Positions 32,543-43,900 of a DNA stretch of 64,000 bases are shown in pieces. This DNA is from Thecamonas trahens ATCC 50062 (taxonomy: Eukaryota; Protista; Apusomonadida), in NCBI RefSeq assembly GCF_000142905.1, contig NW_013657654.1, forward strand, positions 124,001 through 188,000, read 5' to 3'. A model generated the notes under the pieces. The model searched no databases. It was not told the DNA's origin and saw only the letters and a list, made by a program, of their open reading frames with translations. Both the position numbers and the translations under genes were made by a program. The first letter of the stretch is position 1. Each line of letters begins with the position of its first letter.

Positions 32543-35500
32543 ATGGCGCCAGCCTTGGCTGCCCTCCTCGATGCCCTTCCTCCCGCAGCCATAGCGTATG
32601 CTGAGCGCCTCAAGGTGGCGTATACCGAGGCTCTGGAGCCACTTCCACCGCCAGCATGTGTGCCCTTCGCCTCGCCGTCGGCTGCCGCCGCCGCTGCTGG
32701 CGCAGGCTTGGCGCCAACCCCCGCGCCGGCAGCCACCACCGTCATCGGCCGGCTGGTAGCCTCGCCGGTTGTCCCAGGTGCGCTGGTTATCATTGACCTC
32801 GATGCTGCATGCCACGATTCGACCCGCTCTGTCAACGCGGGCGCAGCCGTGGCTCTCGTCGCTCCGCCGGCCCTGCTCGGTCCTCATGCCCAAGGCGCGC
32901 CGGTCGTCGTGTGGGGTACCCTAGCTCGATCTGCTCGCGGCCGTCCGGCTGTTGTGCTCTACGCCACACAGATAGTTGCACTTGGTGCGCCACCGGCTAG
33001 CACGCCGTTCCTGATCGAGGCGCATGCGCCGCTCTCGGTCGCGCAGGCCATGCTCGCCACCGATGCCACCCGCCCGTCGCTTCCGGATCCGCGGCCAGGC
33101 GCAAAGCGTAAGCGCCGTGCCAGTGCCAAGCTTGCCATCTTTGGCAGACTCGTCGCCAAGTCGCCTATTCATCGCTGGGGCGCAGGCACGCTCTCGTTCT
33201 TCATCGAGCTCGAGTCGGGCGGCGTCGCCACCTGTGTCATCTTTGCTGGGCCTCGCCCAGTCCGGTGGTACCCGTTTCTTGCGCTCGGTGCCTCGGTACT
33301 CATCACCAATGTTCGCAGCAAGGCAATGCTTCAAGGCACGGCTAATGAGCGCGCGGTGTTTGCAGTCTCGTCCACGGGCGGATCGGTCCACGCCTGGGAT
33401 CCCAACTACGCTCCGCCGCCGCTCCCTGGATCAGCGGCCAAGCGGCTTCGCAGTCTCTCCGGCCGTGCAGTCTCGCCGAAAGCTGCTTCCCAGCTCCCGC
33501 CGCCGCTCCTCTCGCGGACCGCCTGCATTGCGTATCGCGGAGTCATTACCGCCGTCGCTCCGGAGGAGGCCAGTGTCATGCTCGACGGCGCCATCCGCCT
33601 CTTGCTTTCGCACCACCCGACGTCGGCGCTGGGGCTGGTTCTTGTTGTCGGTTCCCGAATTCGTGCCTGCAACGTGCATGTTGTGCTGGATCCGGAAACG
33701 TCGCTTTTCGCTGGCCTCGGCGCGTGCTCGTACTCGACGATCGAGCTTGTTGCACCGCCGCCTACAGCCGCGTTAACCGGTAGCCTTGTCCCGCCGTTCC
33801 GTCTCGCTTCACGAGCGATGGCGCTGCACTTTAAGACCATGACTTGGCTTGACTACTATCTGCTGTTCAACAAGCTGGCAGCGACGCTCGAGACTGCGTT
33901 CCATGCCTCGCTCAAGCGCAAGCACATTCGCGGCTCAGAGCGGGCTTCGGGCATCGACATCGGCCTCGCGCACTACCTGCTCAAAGCGTTGGGCGCGCTT
34001 TCGGCCAAACGCAACGTCACCTCTGAGTTTCTGGCACATCCTGGCGGGTGCCATCTGGCGTGCTTCGGTTCAGACGACGACGCGCGTCCGCAAGTTGCGG
34101 TCCCATCGCAGCTCGACAAGGCACGAGCACCCGGGGGAGCCCTTGTCGGCTTTCTAGTTCCGTACCGCGGCGGTCTTGCGCTCCGCGACGACCGTGCTCT
34201 TGTTCCGATTGTAGCGTCGGATGCTCGCAGCGTGGTACGGTCATCCTCGCTCGGGCACCTCTACCTCGTGACCGACTTTCGAGTTGTGGACGACGACGGC
34301 AGCGTGACGTTTGTGGCGTGCGCGTTGCAAAACGCTCGATGCCTCCTCCATGAGCGCCTATTTCCGCTCATGCGCGCCATCGCACTCCCGCCACCGCCAC
34401 CGCCGCTGCCGAGCACGGCGACAACGCTAACGCCGCCGCAGAAACCTGACCCGTTCTCCACAAACGAGCTGGTAATGGCGGTGCCGGAAGCGACGCCGGC
34501 GCCGTACCACACGCTCATTGAGTCTGTGGACGGACGGCGGGCACGGACGGTACCGTCAGGCGTGCTCAAGCCGTATTTGGGAGCAAAAGTGCTTTGCGAG
34601 CTCACCGATGGAGTCGAGCGGGAGTGGCCCGGCGCGCTGCTGATTTACGTTGTCCACGTCTCGCCCGTGATGGACGGTCGATGCCACGCCGAAGTCAAGC
34701 TCCTCCCGCCTCCAGGTGCGCTTGCGCCAGTCACTGCAGGGCTGCTTGTGCTCGAGCCATCTGCGCTCCTTCACCGTCCAATTCTCCACCCGCGTTGCCT
34801 GTACTACATGTTCAACGTTCTGGCGACGCTGCCGGATGGGAGCCGTGCGATGGTGCGGAGCCTGGCCCAGCTGCTGGTCGCGCTGGGCGGGCGGGTCGGC
34901 GCGTCGCCGGCGACCAATTTGAGTGCGTTCTCGCGCAAGTTCCAAGCGTCGCGGCTCGGTGCGGTGACGACTGCGGCTGCTGGCGTCTTTCCGGTCCTCA
35001 CACTCAGCGACAACGCTGTTGTTGAGTCTGTCGGCGTTATTGGTGACGACGAAGCCGCCGCGCTTGGCGGAAACGTTCCGCTGGTGGCGTCAGAGAAGGT
35101 GGCGGCGATTGTGCGTGCGCTGCGTGCACACGATGACGCCGCTGAGGTTCCGAGCTCGATCGGCGAGCTGGCGCTGGTAACGCTGCCCATTTCGGCGTAC
35201 CGGTACCCAGAAAACTACGAGCGTGTAGTGAGCGTCGAGGCGCTTGTTGTGGCGCGCGAGGCGAGTGGCGAGCCGGCGATGACGTGGTGCGTGACGCTCC
35301 GCGATACGCGAGCGGCGCACACGTTGTCGTGGTATGTGGACACTGCACAGTTTGGATGGATTGGTGGCCTTGTTTCGGGCGCGCGAGTCGAGCTCTCGCG
35401 GGTCATGTGCAAGATCTCGCGGTCGGGTAACATCTACCTGGTCATGGCGGCGACAACGAGCGTGGTGGTCCGTGGCTGGGTGGAGAGCGAAACATGCGAT

Positions 35501-36217
35501 GCTGCAGTGGAGGCGCGGCTGGAGCCCGCCTTTCCGCTGGCGCAGTACTACGCGGTAGGGACGATCATGCGGCGGGTAGTGCGGATCCGCGGCTCGATCA
35601 CTGCGCTCTCTGGTCTGCGGCTGGTATGGAAGTGTCTCGGGTGTGGCGAGACGCTGGGAATCCCGGGCCGGTGCGCGGCCGGGTGCGTCCGCGCGCCGAG
35701 CAAGTTCTTCCTCGACGCGACGGTCTTTGTCGATGACGGCAGTGCCGAGGCGACGGTCTTTGTTGACGGCGATCTCGTTTGGCGGGTGCTCGGCCTCTCG
35801 CGGCGGCGCGGGCAGATGATGGCGGCGATGGCCAAGCGGCACGGCGCGTTGATCTTTGCACGGCAAGGCACCCGACTGGAGCTCGTCTCCAAGCCAGAAG
35901 CACTTGCCGATCCGCGTGAGCACGAGCTTCGGCAGCTGGCGCGGGCTGCAAATGCGCCACGGGTAGCGCGACAGGTCTGGATGGCAGTCCGGCGGGTGGC
36001 GCGAGCACGGTCCGACGCAGCTGTCACTACCACGCCCGACGATCTCCCTCCGCCGCTGGCGGGCGTGCTCCGGTTCAAAACGCTGCTTGTCGACGGGGTC
36101 CATGCGCCGACGCTCGCGCTTCCGCGGCTGTATCTCAAGGCTGTAGCCGTCGATGAGGTCGACGCCGCCGCCCACATCGAGGCGCTCCTTGCGAACCTGT
36201 CGCTCGGCAGTCGGTGA
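32543..36217 (+). CDS. CTC1: CST complex subunit CTC1 (multi-OB-fold telomere protein)
   Basis: YRGVITAV...LDGAIRLLL, IRACNVH, LGACSYSTI, RNVTSEFL, GLVSGARVELSRVMCKISRSGNIYL, WKCLGC...C...C, VDDGSAEA. The 1224-aa length fits CTC1. Confidence 0.78.
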   Translation: MAPALAALLDALPPAAIAYAERLKVAYTEALEPLPPPACVPFASPSAAAAAAGAGLAPTPAPAATTVIGRLVASPVVPGALVIIDLDAACHDSTRSVNAGAAVALVAPPALLGPHAQGAPVVVWGTLARSARGRPAVVLYATQIVALGAPPASTPFLIEAHAPLSVAQAMLATDATRPSLPDPRPGAKRKRRASAKLAIFGRLVAKSPIHRWGAGTLSFFIELESGGVATCVIFAGPRPVRWYPFLALGASVLITNVRSKAMLQGTANERAVFAVSSTGGSVHAWDPNYAPPPLPGSAAKRLRSLSGRAVSPKAASQLPPPLLSRTACIAYRGVITAVAPEEASVMLDGAIRLLLSHHPTSALGLVLVVGSRIRACNVHVVLDPETSLFAGLGACSYSTIELVAPPPTAALTGSLVPPFRLASRAMALHFKTMTWLDYYLLFNKLAATLETAFHASLKRKHIRGSERASGIDIGLAHYLLKALGALSAKRNVTSEFLAHPGGCHLACFGSDDDARPQVAVPSQLDKARAPGGALVGFLVPYRGGLALRDDRALVPIVASDARSVVRSSSLGHLYLVTDFRVVDDDGSVTFVACALQNARCLLHERLFPLMRAIALPPPPPPLPSTATTLTPPQKPDPFSTNELVMAVPEATPAPYHTLIESVDGRRARTVPSGVLKPYLGAKVLCELTDGVEREWPGALLIYVVHVSPVMDGRCHAEVKLLPPPGALAPVTAGLLVLEPSALLHRPILHPRCLYYMFNVLATLPDGSRAMVRSLAQLLVALGGRVGASPATNLSAFSRKFQASRLGAVTTAAAGVFPVLTLSDNAVVESVGVIGDDEAAALGGNVPLVASEKVAAIVRALRAHDDAAEVPSSIGELALVTLPISAYRYPENYERVVSVEALVVAREASGEPAMTWCVTLRDTRAAHTLSWYVDTAQFGWIGGLVSGARVELSRVMCKISRSGNIYLVMAATTSVVVRGWVESETCDAAVEARLEPAFPLAQYYAVGTIMRRVVRIRGSITALSGLRLVWKCLGCGETLGIPGRCAAGCVRAPSKFFLDATVFVDDGSAEATVFVDGDLVWRVLGLSRRRGQMMAAMAKRHGALIFARQGTRLELVSKPEALADPREHELRQLARAANAPRVARQVWMAVRRVARARSDAAVTTTPDDLPPPLAGVLRFKTLLVDGVHAPTLALPRLYLKAVAVDEVDAAAHIEALLANLSLGSR

Positions 36218-36342
36218 CTTGGTGACTCGCTCAGCGACCACTCCACTCACATGCACCGCCGACGGACCGGAGGCCGGCGCCGCACCCGAGGCGGCCCGCG
36301 GAGGTAGGTAACGACTCAAATACACTGTATGGAGAGGCTTGG

Positions 36343-37074
36343 GTGTGGGGAGGTGCAGCTCACCGCGAGCGCGGCGGTGACAGGTCGAGCGGTGGTGAGG
36401 GGCGTGGAAAGCAGCGACGCGGGGCGGACGAGGTGGTGGTGGCGGTAGCCGAGACGGCGGAGAAGGCGCTGGTGCAGTTGCTGGAGGAGCGGCCGGAGCG
36501 GCCGATTCATGCGCTCGCGCAGGCGTTTGCAGCCATGGCCGCGGCCGAGGAGAAGGCGGCCGATGGGCTCGCTCCGGTCGTGGAGCCGCTGCGGCCGGTG
36601 GCCCGGGCGAGGGTGATGGACGCTGTAGCTGCTGCATGCGCTGCTCCGGAGCGATGGGAGGTGGCGGCGGCAGCCGAGGTCGGCGAAGATCTGGACGATG
36701 GCGAGGTTGACGGCCTCTCTGGCGCAGGCCTCGGGATTCTCTTGCGACATCTCCCGTTTGCGGTGCCGGAGGCCGGGCGGGCGGCTGTGGATGGCGTAGT
36801 GGCGGCACGCGCCGACGAGCTAGTCTCGTTCCGGGAGGCTACTGCGGGAGCCGAGGTGTTGGCGGTGATGGAGGCGATGGCGACTGAGGCCGGCGCGCTG
36901 TTTGACGCCTGCGACGTGTCTGGCGCCGGCGCGCTTCCGCGCAACATGGCGCGATCGCTGCTTAACGACGCCGGCGCGCCTTTCGACGCCATCCCGGCTG
37001 ACGGGGGCGCCGATGGACTCGTGAGTCGCCGCGAGTTTGTGGCTGCCATGATTGCGCTTGCGCCGCGGTCGTGA
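36343..37074 (+). CDS. TPGS1: Tubulin polyglutamylase complex subunit 1-like; start unresolved
   Basis: ALVQLLEERPERPIHALAQAF, GLSG...LLRHL, ELVSFRE...AGALF and SRREFV are colinear with TPGS1. Confidence 0.62.
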   Translation: MWGGAAHRERGGDRSSGGEGRGKQRRGADEVVVAVAETAEKALVQLLEERPERPIHALAQAFAAMAAAEEKAADGLAPVVEPLRPVARARVMDAVAAACAAPERWEVAAAAEVGEDLDDGEVDGLSGAGLGILLRHLPFAVPEAGRAAVDGVVAARADELVSFREATAGAEVLAVMEAMATEAGALFDACDVSGAGALPRNMARSLLNDAGAPFDAIPADGGADGLVSRREFVAAMIALAPRS

Positions 37075-37116
37075 GGCGGAATGAAGCGGAGTTTATGGGT
37101 TGGCAAAGTGGGCTGG

Positions 37117-38149
37117 TTAAAGGCCCCACGAGTTGCGCATCATGAGATCAAACATGACGTCCTTGTCCAAGCTGGCCGAAACGCCCCCTGTAGCAGACAC
37201 GATAGAAGAGGGGAGAGAGTGAGTGCGTTGGTGAGTGAGTTGGGAGGGGGGGGGGGGGGGGGGAGGGGGAGGGGGTCATGGTGTACGTACAGTAGTAGGA
37301 CTCGAACTCCTGCTTGGTGACGACGCCATCGGGGTTTGCAGGCGAGTCAAAGGAGCGGAGGAACTGGAGGAAGACCTTCTCTGCGTCCCACTCGCCAGAC
37401 ATGTACTTGGGGTGATGACGGGGGTCGTACGAGTGGGCCAGATCCTCGACAGTGACGACACCATCTCCGGTGACATCGATCTTGCGGAAGGCCTGATCAA
37501 TGAGAGCAAGACGAGAGTCCGACATGGGCGGGCGCAGATGGTACAGCATCTCATCAAAGTTGATCGTCCCATCGCCGTTGGTGTCAAAGTACTGCGCCAG
37601 CCGCTCGACCTCCTGTCCGAGGGAGGAGAAGGCGAGAGGGAGTGAAGAAGCCGATGGTTGGGGGTGTACGGACATGGGTATGTACATGGGTATGTATAGG
37701 TGTGGGTATGGGCATGGGTGCGGGTGTGTGTGGGTGTTCGGTGGTGAGTGTCCAGTGTGAGAAGGGGAAGGGCCGCAGCAACAGGGCCATGTTCACGAAG
37801 TCGCCGTTAGCTCTTCCGGGACGGTTCCGGGGGGGGTAGGGTAGGGGCAGGGGGGCAGGGGGCAGGGGGCAGGGGGGGGGGATGGCAAGGAAAGGGGGAG
37901 GAAGGGGCGTACCTCCTGGCTCACGTGGACGCCGTAGTCGCGCAGGCCCTTGGCAAACTCGGGGACAGAGATGCAGCCCGAGTTGTCGTCGTCCATGACA
38001 CGGACCCACTTTGAGAGGCCCTTGATGCCCGAGGCGCCACGGGCGAGGCATGCAGCACGGATCTTCTCGATGATCTCGCCGAGGTCACGGGGGGTTCCCG
38101 ATGGTGCCATTGCCTGGCCCTGGTCCTCGTAGTATCCGTAGTTGGACAT
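37117..38149 (-). CDS. Calcyphosin-like EF-hand protein; exons 38149-37913, 37612-37291, 37187-37117
   Basis: CLARGASGIKGL, MDDDNSGCIS, FDTNGDGTINFDE, RPPMS, HHPKYMSGE, DGVVTKQEFESYY|WGVSASLDKD...MMRNSW. Canonical, phase-compatible splice sites. Confidence 0.92.
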
Positions 38150-38233
38150 GTCGCTCTTTCTTCTGCGTCGAGTGGTCGCCCTCCAGGGGGTGTCTGTCGG
38201 TTTGAGGCTAACGACGAGCCACTCGATGGTTCC

Positions 38234-38502
38234 AACAACAAACCCATCGATTAATTGGGTATCCTATCGATTGACCACCCATCGATAAACTGAACAACAA
38301 ACCCATCGATTAACTGAACAACAAACCCATCGATTAACTGAACAACAAACCCATCGATTAACTGAACAACAAACCCATCGATAAACTGAACAACAAACCC
38401 ATCGATAAACTGAACAACAAACCCATCGATAAACTGAACAACAAACCCATCGATTAACTGAACAACAAACCCATCGATAAACTGAACAACAAACCCATCA
38501 AT
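38234..38502. repeat. 24-bp AT-rich minisatellite AACAACAAACCCATCGATWAACTG, about 11 copies
   Basis: Seen directly; head-to-tail copies without unique spacers. Confidence 0.95.
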
Positions 38503-38602
38503 TACCCCCAACATGCCATGCCATGTCATTAACAGGTGCAGGAATGGAACACCCCCCCCCCCACCCCTCTCCTCCTCCCCCCCCAACCCGCCCTGCCTTC
38601 CC

Positions 38603-40929
38603 ATGGCCACCCCAGAGCACGGCCAACCAACCGTGCTCTCCCTTGACGATCCTGTGCTCTTTGCCATTGCCGAGCCCATGCTTGCCCCCCCATGCCCTCC
38701 TCCTCCTCCCTCGCTCTCCTCCTCGCCGCGGCCTACGCACCCACGAGCCTCACCCCTCCCGCGGCCTTCCCCGCCGTCGGTGCCCTCACCCACCTACGGC
38801 CATCCCCAACCACAAACTCTCCCGCACAACCGCCCGCCAAGCCTGCACCGCCCGCCAAGCCTGCACCGCCCGCCAAGCCTGCACCACCCGCCCCGCTCGC
38901 CCCACTCTCCTCGCTCTCGCCCTCCTTCCGCCCCGCAGAGTTCCGCGACGGCTCGTGGTTCGCCCGCCTCGTTGTCACCCTCCTCTCGTCCACCCTTCCG
39001 CCACCGGAGGCCCGGGCGCATAGGAGCACCGTCCTCCGGGCCGCCACTCCGCTCGCCGAGCGCGATGCCGCCGCAGAGCCCATCATCACCGCCGCCTGCC
39101 GCAAGGTGGTCCTCTGCGGCGCCTCGTCTGCCGCCGCCTCCACTGCTGCATCCGCCGCCGCCTTGGGCACCGGCTTGCTCGCAGCAGGCGCCGCCTACTC
39201 GGCCGTCGGCACCGCACTCGCCGCAGAAATGGTCCTTACCACACAGATCCAGGTCGGCATGGTCATGGACCTCGCTCTCAACTACGGGTACGACTTTGAG
39301 GACACCGCCACCCCGAGCCTGCCCGAGGCGCTTATCCTCCGCATGTACCACCTTGCCACCTCGGGCCTCGGCCTCTACGATCCCGAGGGCCCGTTCAACC
39401 TCTCAGCCGCAGACGTCCGCCGCTCGTTTGTGCGCGCCGCCGCGGGCGATGAACATGCGCTGTTGCATGTCTCGTCCCGCGTCTTCTCGCTCGTCGCCAA
39501 GCCCATCGGCGTCAAGCTCGTCGAGATGACCATGCTCAAGTCGGCCGTGCCCATTGTCTCACTCCTTGCCTCCTCGGGATGGTCGTACTTTTCCACGCAA
39601 GCCATCGGCCACGTCGCGCAGCGCGAGCTCAAGGTCGCCTCGTTTGTCTCCAAGACCGTCCGCGCTCTCGTCGCCGCCGCCCCGCAGTTAGCTGCCTCGC
39701 AGCCGCTGCAGATCGTCCTCTTCTCGGCCCTCCTCTCCGCCGCTCTTCTTGACGGCTCGGTCTTTCCCTTTGAGGCCGCTGTCTACGACGCCTTTGTCCG
39801 CGCCCTCTCGCCCTCGCCGGACATCTGGCCCCACGTCGACTACCTCGTCTTTGGCGCTTTGCCGGGCGCCAATGCTGCCATCGATGAAGACTTTGTTCTT
39901 GTCGGCACTCCGCCGGCCTCGTCGTCCACAAGCTCCACCCCATCGTCGGTCTCCTCCTCGTGCTGCCTCACCGCCGCCGAGCTCTCCGGCTCAGACTCGT
40001 GGATTATTGTCGACGACCCGTTCGACGCCTATGTCACCCGCCTCGAGACCCTTGCCGCCTCGCACCTCCCGGCCCTCGCCGACAAACGCCTGTGGAACTC
40101 GCCGTTTGACGTCCACGCCATTCTCACCGGCCTCTATCTCATGGCCCACGCCGGCGGCGGCCTCGGCGCATCGGCAGGCCTCGGCTCGACCGAGCCTGAG
40201 CCTGGATCGTCGGTCCTCGACCTCAAGCTGGAGTTCCTCCGCTCCATGCGCGCCTACCTTCCCGCCTTTGACGTGCCCATTTCACCGCTCACCCTCTCGC
40301 TGGCGTCGAGCGCAACCCTACCGACAGACCCAACGGCGCTGCAGCAGCTCATCCGCGACCGCGGCGTCCGCTGCCCAAAGTGTGGCGTCCTTGTCGTCGA
40401 CCTTCAGTCGGTCACCCTCCCGCACTCGCCCGACTGCGCGCTTTGCAACTTTGAGCGTGAGCTCAAGGCCACCTTCCGCCCCTCGCCCACACTCCTCGCT
40501 CTGGCCAAGGCCGCCCTTGACAGGCAGCTCCGCGCCGCCATCACCGACGACCAGGTCGAGACCGTCCGCCGTATTCAGTCAGCTGTCCGTGCGCTCTCGG
40601 TCGACCCGCTCGACATCGCCCTCTTTGCCGACGACATCTCACTCACTGTCGCCCGCACCTCCGAGTCCATTCAGGCCTCGGCGCTCGGCTCGATCGCCGT
40701 CGCTGCTGCAGACGCTGCCCTCGAGGGCACCTCGCTCCTTGTCGCCACTGCTGCAGACACCACTGTCTACGCCGCAGACACCGCTCTTTGCTGGTCCGCT
40801 GCCATCGGTGACTCGGTCGCCGCCGCCGCAGACTACCTCTACGCCTCGGTCACCGGCTCGACCCGCTACCGCCCGCTCCATCTCACCGATGTCTTTACCG
40901 ACGCTGTCTCTTCGCTCAACGAGCTCTGA
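38603..40929 (+). CDS. Hypothetical protein with EcsC-like and TerB-like segments; probable undercall at 38685-38691 (otherwise start at 38692)
   Basis: AEMVLTTQIQVGMVMDLALNYGYD, KSAVPIVSLLASSGWSYFSTQAIG, AALLDGSVFPFE, CPKC...CALC. Long ORF with strong coding bias. Confidence 0.6.
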
Positions 40930-40939
40930 GCCGCCGCTC

Positions 40940-43900
40940 TCAGATCGAGAGCTGCGTGTAGCCCGACGTGTCCGAGCTCATTCGCGGCTTGCCCATCCGC
41001 AGCTTGGCCGAGTACGCCTGGATGAGCGCCGGCAGCGAGTCGTAGAACGTGTGGCCCTGGTCGCCCGTGTAGCCGCGGCCAGGCGCAGAGTACAGCTTGG
41101 ACTGGATAACCGCGCCACGCGAGTCGATGTACGCCACCACAAAGCCGCCGGACGTCGACTCAGAGACACGGACCAGGAACTCGCCCGGCGCCGCGTTGGT
41201 CAGCACCCGCGCCGTCTGATCCTTGTTGATAAATCCATGGAACCAGAGGTTCGACATCAGTTCGGTGCAGATCCGCACGCTCTCATGCAGCGGTCCGAAC
41301 CACTGCAATGCATACTTGAGCGAATCGAGCGTGAGCTGTCCAAGCCCGCGCGGGTTGAACAGCTCGTTGAGATAGCCCTGCTGCTCGGCTGTGAGTGACA
41401 GCCCAAGGTACGCCTGAAGCGCAGAGAGGAAGTTTGGCATCAGCACCGCCTGCGCCTGAACCCCAAAATACCGTTCCCAGAACGCCTCGGGCGAGAGGTG
41501 CTCCGGCTCAGAGAGCGCGAGCGAGTACACGTCCGCCGGCGACGAAAACGCTGGCTGCTGCCCCAGCGCCACTCCACCGGGGCCAACCGCGTGGTTTGCG
41601 GTGCCCGCCGTCGGTGATGCGCCCGCAAACCCTGCCGCAAACCCATTTGCAGGCGTGTAGCTCGACGTCGGCGTCGTCTGCGGCGAAAACCCTGGATGGT
41701 AGCCCGGTAAGGCCGACGATGCCGGCGGCGGGCCGGCCACAGACACTCCGCCGTGCATCCCGCCCGCTCCCGGGTACCCACTCGGCGCGCCACCGTGGTG
41801 GCCAGGGTAGCCCCCACCGCCCACAGACTGCATCGGGTTCATCCCGCCCACAGACTGCATTGGGTTCATCCCCATGGTCGCCATCCCGGTCGGCGACGGC
41901 GTCGCACTCGCACCCATCGCCGACGGTCCCCCGCCCATCGCAGGCGTCGGTGATGGGACCGCAACCTCGTCCACAGATGCAATCCACGGGTGCTGCAGCA
42001 GATCCGCCGCCGACGGCCGCTGGTTTGGATCGCGCCGGAAACAGAGGTTGAGAAAGTCGATGCCCGCCGCAGAGAGCCCCTCCGGGTACTTTGGTGAGTC
42101 GTTCGACTTGCCGATCTTAAACAGCGCCGTAACCGGCGAGAACTCGGACCACGGCGGCCGCCCGGTAAGCAGCTCGATGGCCACACACCCGACAGACCAG
42201 ATGTCACACCGGGAGTTGTACGGCTGCTGCAGAACAACCTCGGGCGCCATAAAAACGGCGTGCCCTTGAACGAGTGCAGCGCCGCCGACGACATCGTCCC
42301 TGACTCGATGAGCGGCTTGGACGCCCCAAAGTCTGTGAGCTTGATGATGGTCTGCTGCGCCGGTGCAATAAGGATGTTGGCGCACTTGATGTCGCGGTGG
42401 ACAATGCCGTTCTCGTGGAGGTACTCTAGCCCCAGCAGAACTTGCTTGAGGTATGATCGCGTCACACGCTCCGACACCGGGTACTTGTGGATGAGCTTGG
42501 CCAGCGAGCCGCCGGGCACGTACTCGAGGAAAATGTTGAGCACAGCTTGCCCGTCCTCGTTGGTCGCCCGCTCAGTCGCAATGTACCGAACAATGTGCTT
42601 GTGCGAGAGCTCCTGCAGAATCGCAATCTCGCCCTCCACCTCCAGCAGCTCTTCCTGGTTTGACTCGGAGATGTTGTCGAGCACCACCTGCTTGACCGCC
42701 ATCAGCTCCGCCGTCGCCTCGTTCATGCCCAGGTACACCTTGCCGAACGCGCCCGACCCCAGAAGCTCGCGCTTCTGCCAGTGGATCGTCCCTGACGGCC
42801 CGTACGTCGGTCGGCCCTGCTGCGACATCCGCATCGCCGCCGTCGACCGCACCCCCAGCTTCTGCCCACGCGTCGTCGCGCCCATCACAGGCATTGACGC
42901 GTTGAGTCCAGACGCCGGCACACTCGCCGGCACACTCGCACGCGGCGAGCCGCTGGACCCGCCCATTGTCGGCTGCGACGACACCCGCGGAAAGCCAGCG
43001 TGCCCAGGCACCAGCGAGTCCGGCGTTCCCGGCACGGCACCGCCCGACGTCCCAGACCCGGACCCAGACGCGCACTGGACAATGAGATCGATCTTCTTCT
43101 TGCTCGCGTGTTCGTCAAGCATGTACGCAAAGTCGTCTGCGTTGATCACATCAATCAGCGTCCCGTCCGCCCGCTGCCATGAAAGGTACACCGCCGTCTT
43201 GTACGCCTCGTCCATCTGCGTCTGTAGCTTGGTGAACGGATCCGTCCTCTCGATGCGGAGCAGCTTGAACGCTCCTTTGAATTTGCACTTGAGCACCACT
43301 GTCGAGGAGACCACCGCTGGTTTTGCTCCCGCTGCGCTGCCGCGCCCGCCAGAACCACCTGAGGATGCCACCGCCACTGCCGCAGACGCAGCCCCGGCTG
43401 CCGTCAGCGAGGCGAGTCCAAGCGTGACCAGCGGCGGCGGCGGAAGCCGCACCGAAAGCGTCTCTGCCGAGAGCACATCCCGCGCCGTGTAGCCGCCAAA
43501 CACATACCCGGTCGAGTCAACCGCAGCACTCACCGCAAACGCTCGCCCAATCCCGGCCGCGTCTTCGTCTTCGCCCGACGCCGGCACCCACCCGGCAGAC
43601 GGTGCCTCGAGGTTGAGCGCCACCGCATTGCTTAGCAGCGCCACTGGCGACCGCCGCGCAGCGCTCAGACCGCCGTGCACCATCAGTGTCGAGCCGATGA
43701 GCACTCCAACGTGTCCGTATCGCGCCTCGGCGCTCACCTCCACCATCCGCCAATGGCCTGTCGCAAGATTGAGCACGCATGTGTCACCGAGCACTCCCTC
43801 GCTCGACGAGTACCCGCCGTGAACCACCAGGCACGGCACCCGCTCGCTCCCACCCGACCACATCGCAACCACCGCGTGCGCCCGCGGGCTCGGTGCACCC

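Noticed and set aside
38234-38502. CRISPR-like regular repeat
   Set aside because: Units are head-to-tail with no unique spacers, no cas genes are present, and the context is eukaryotic.
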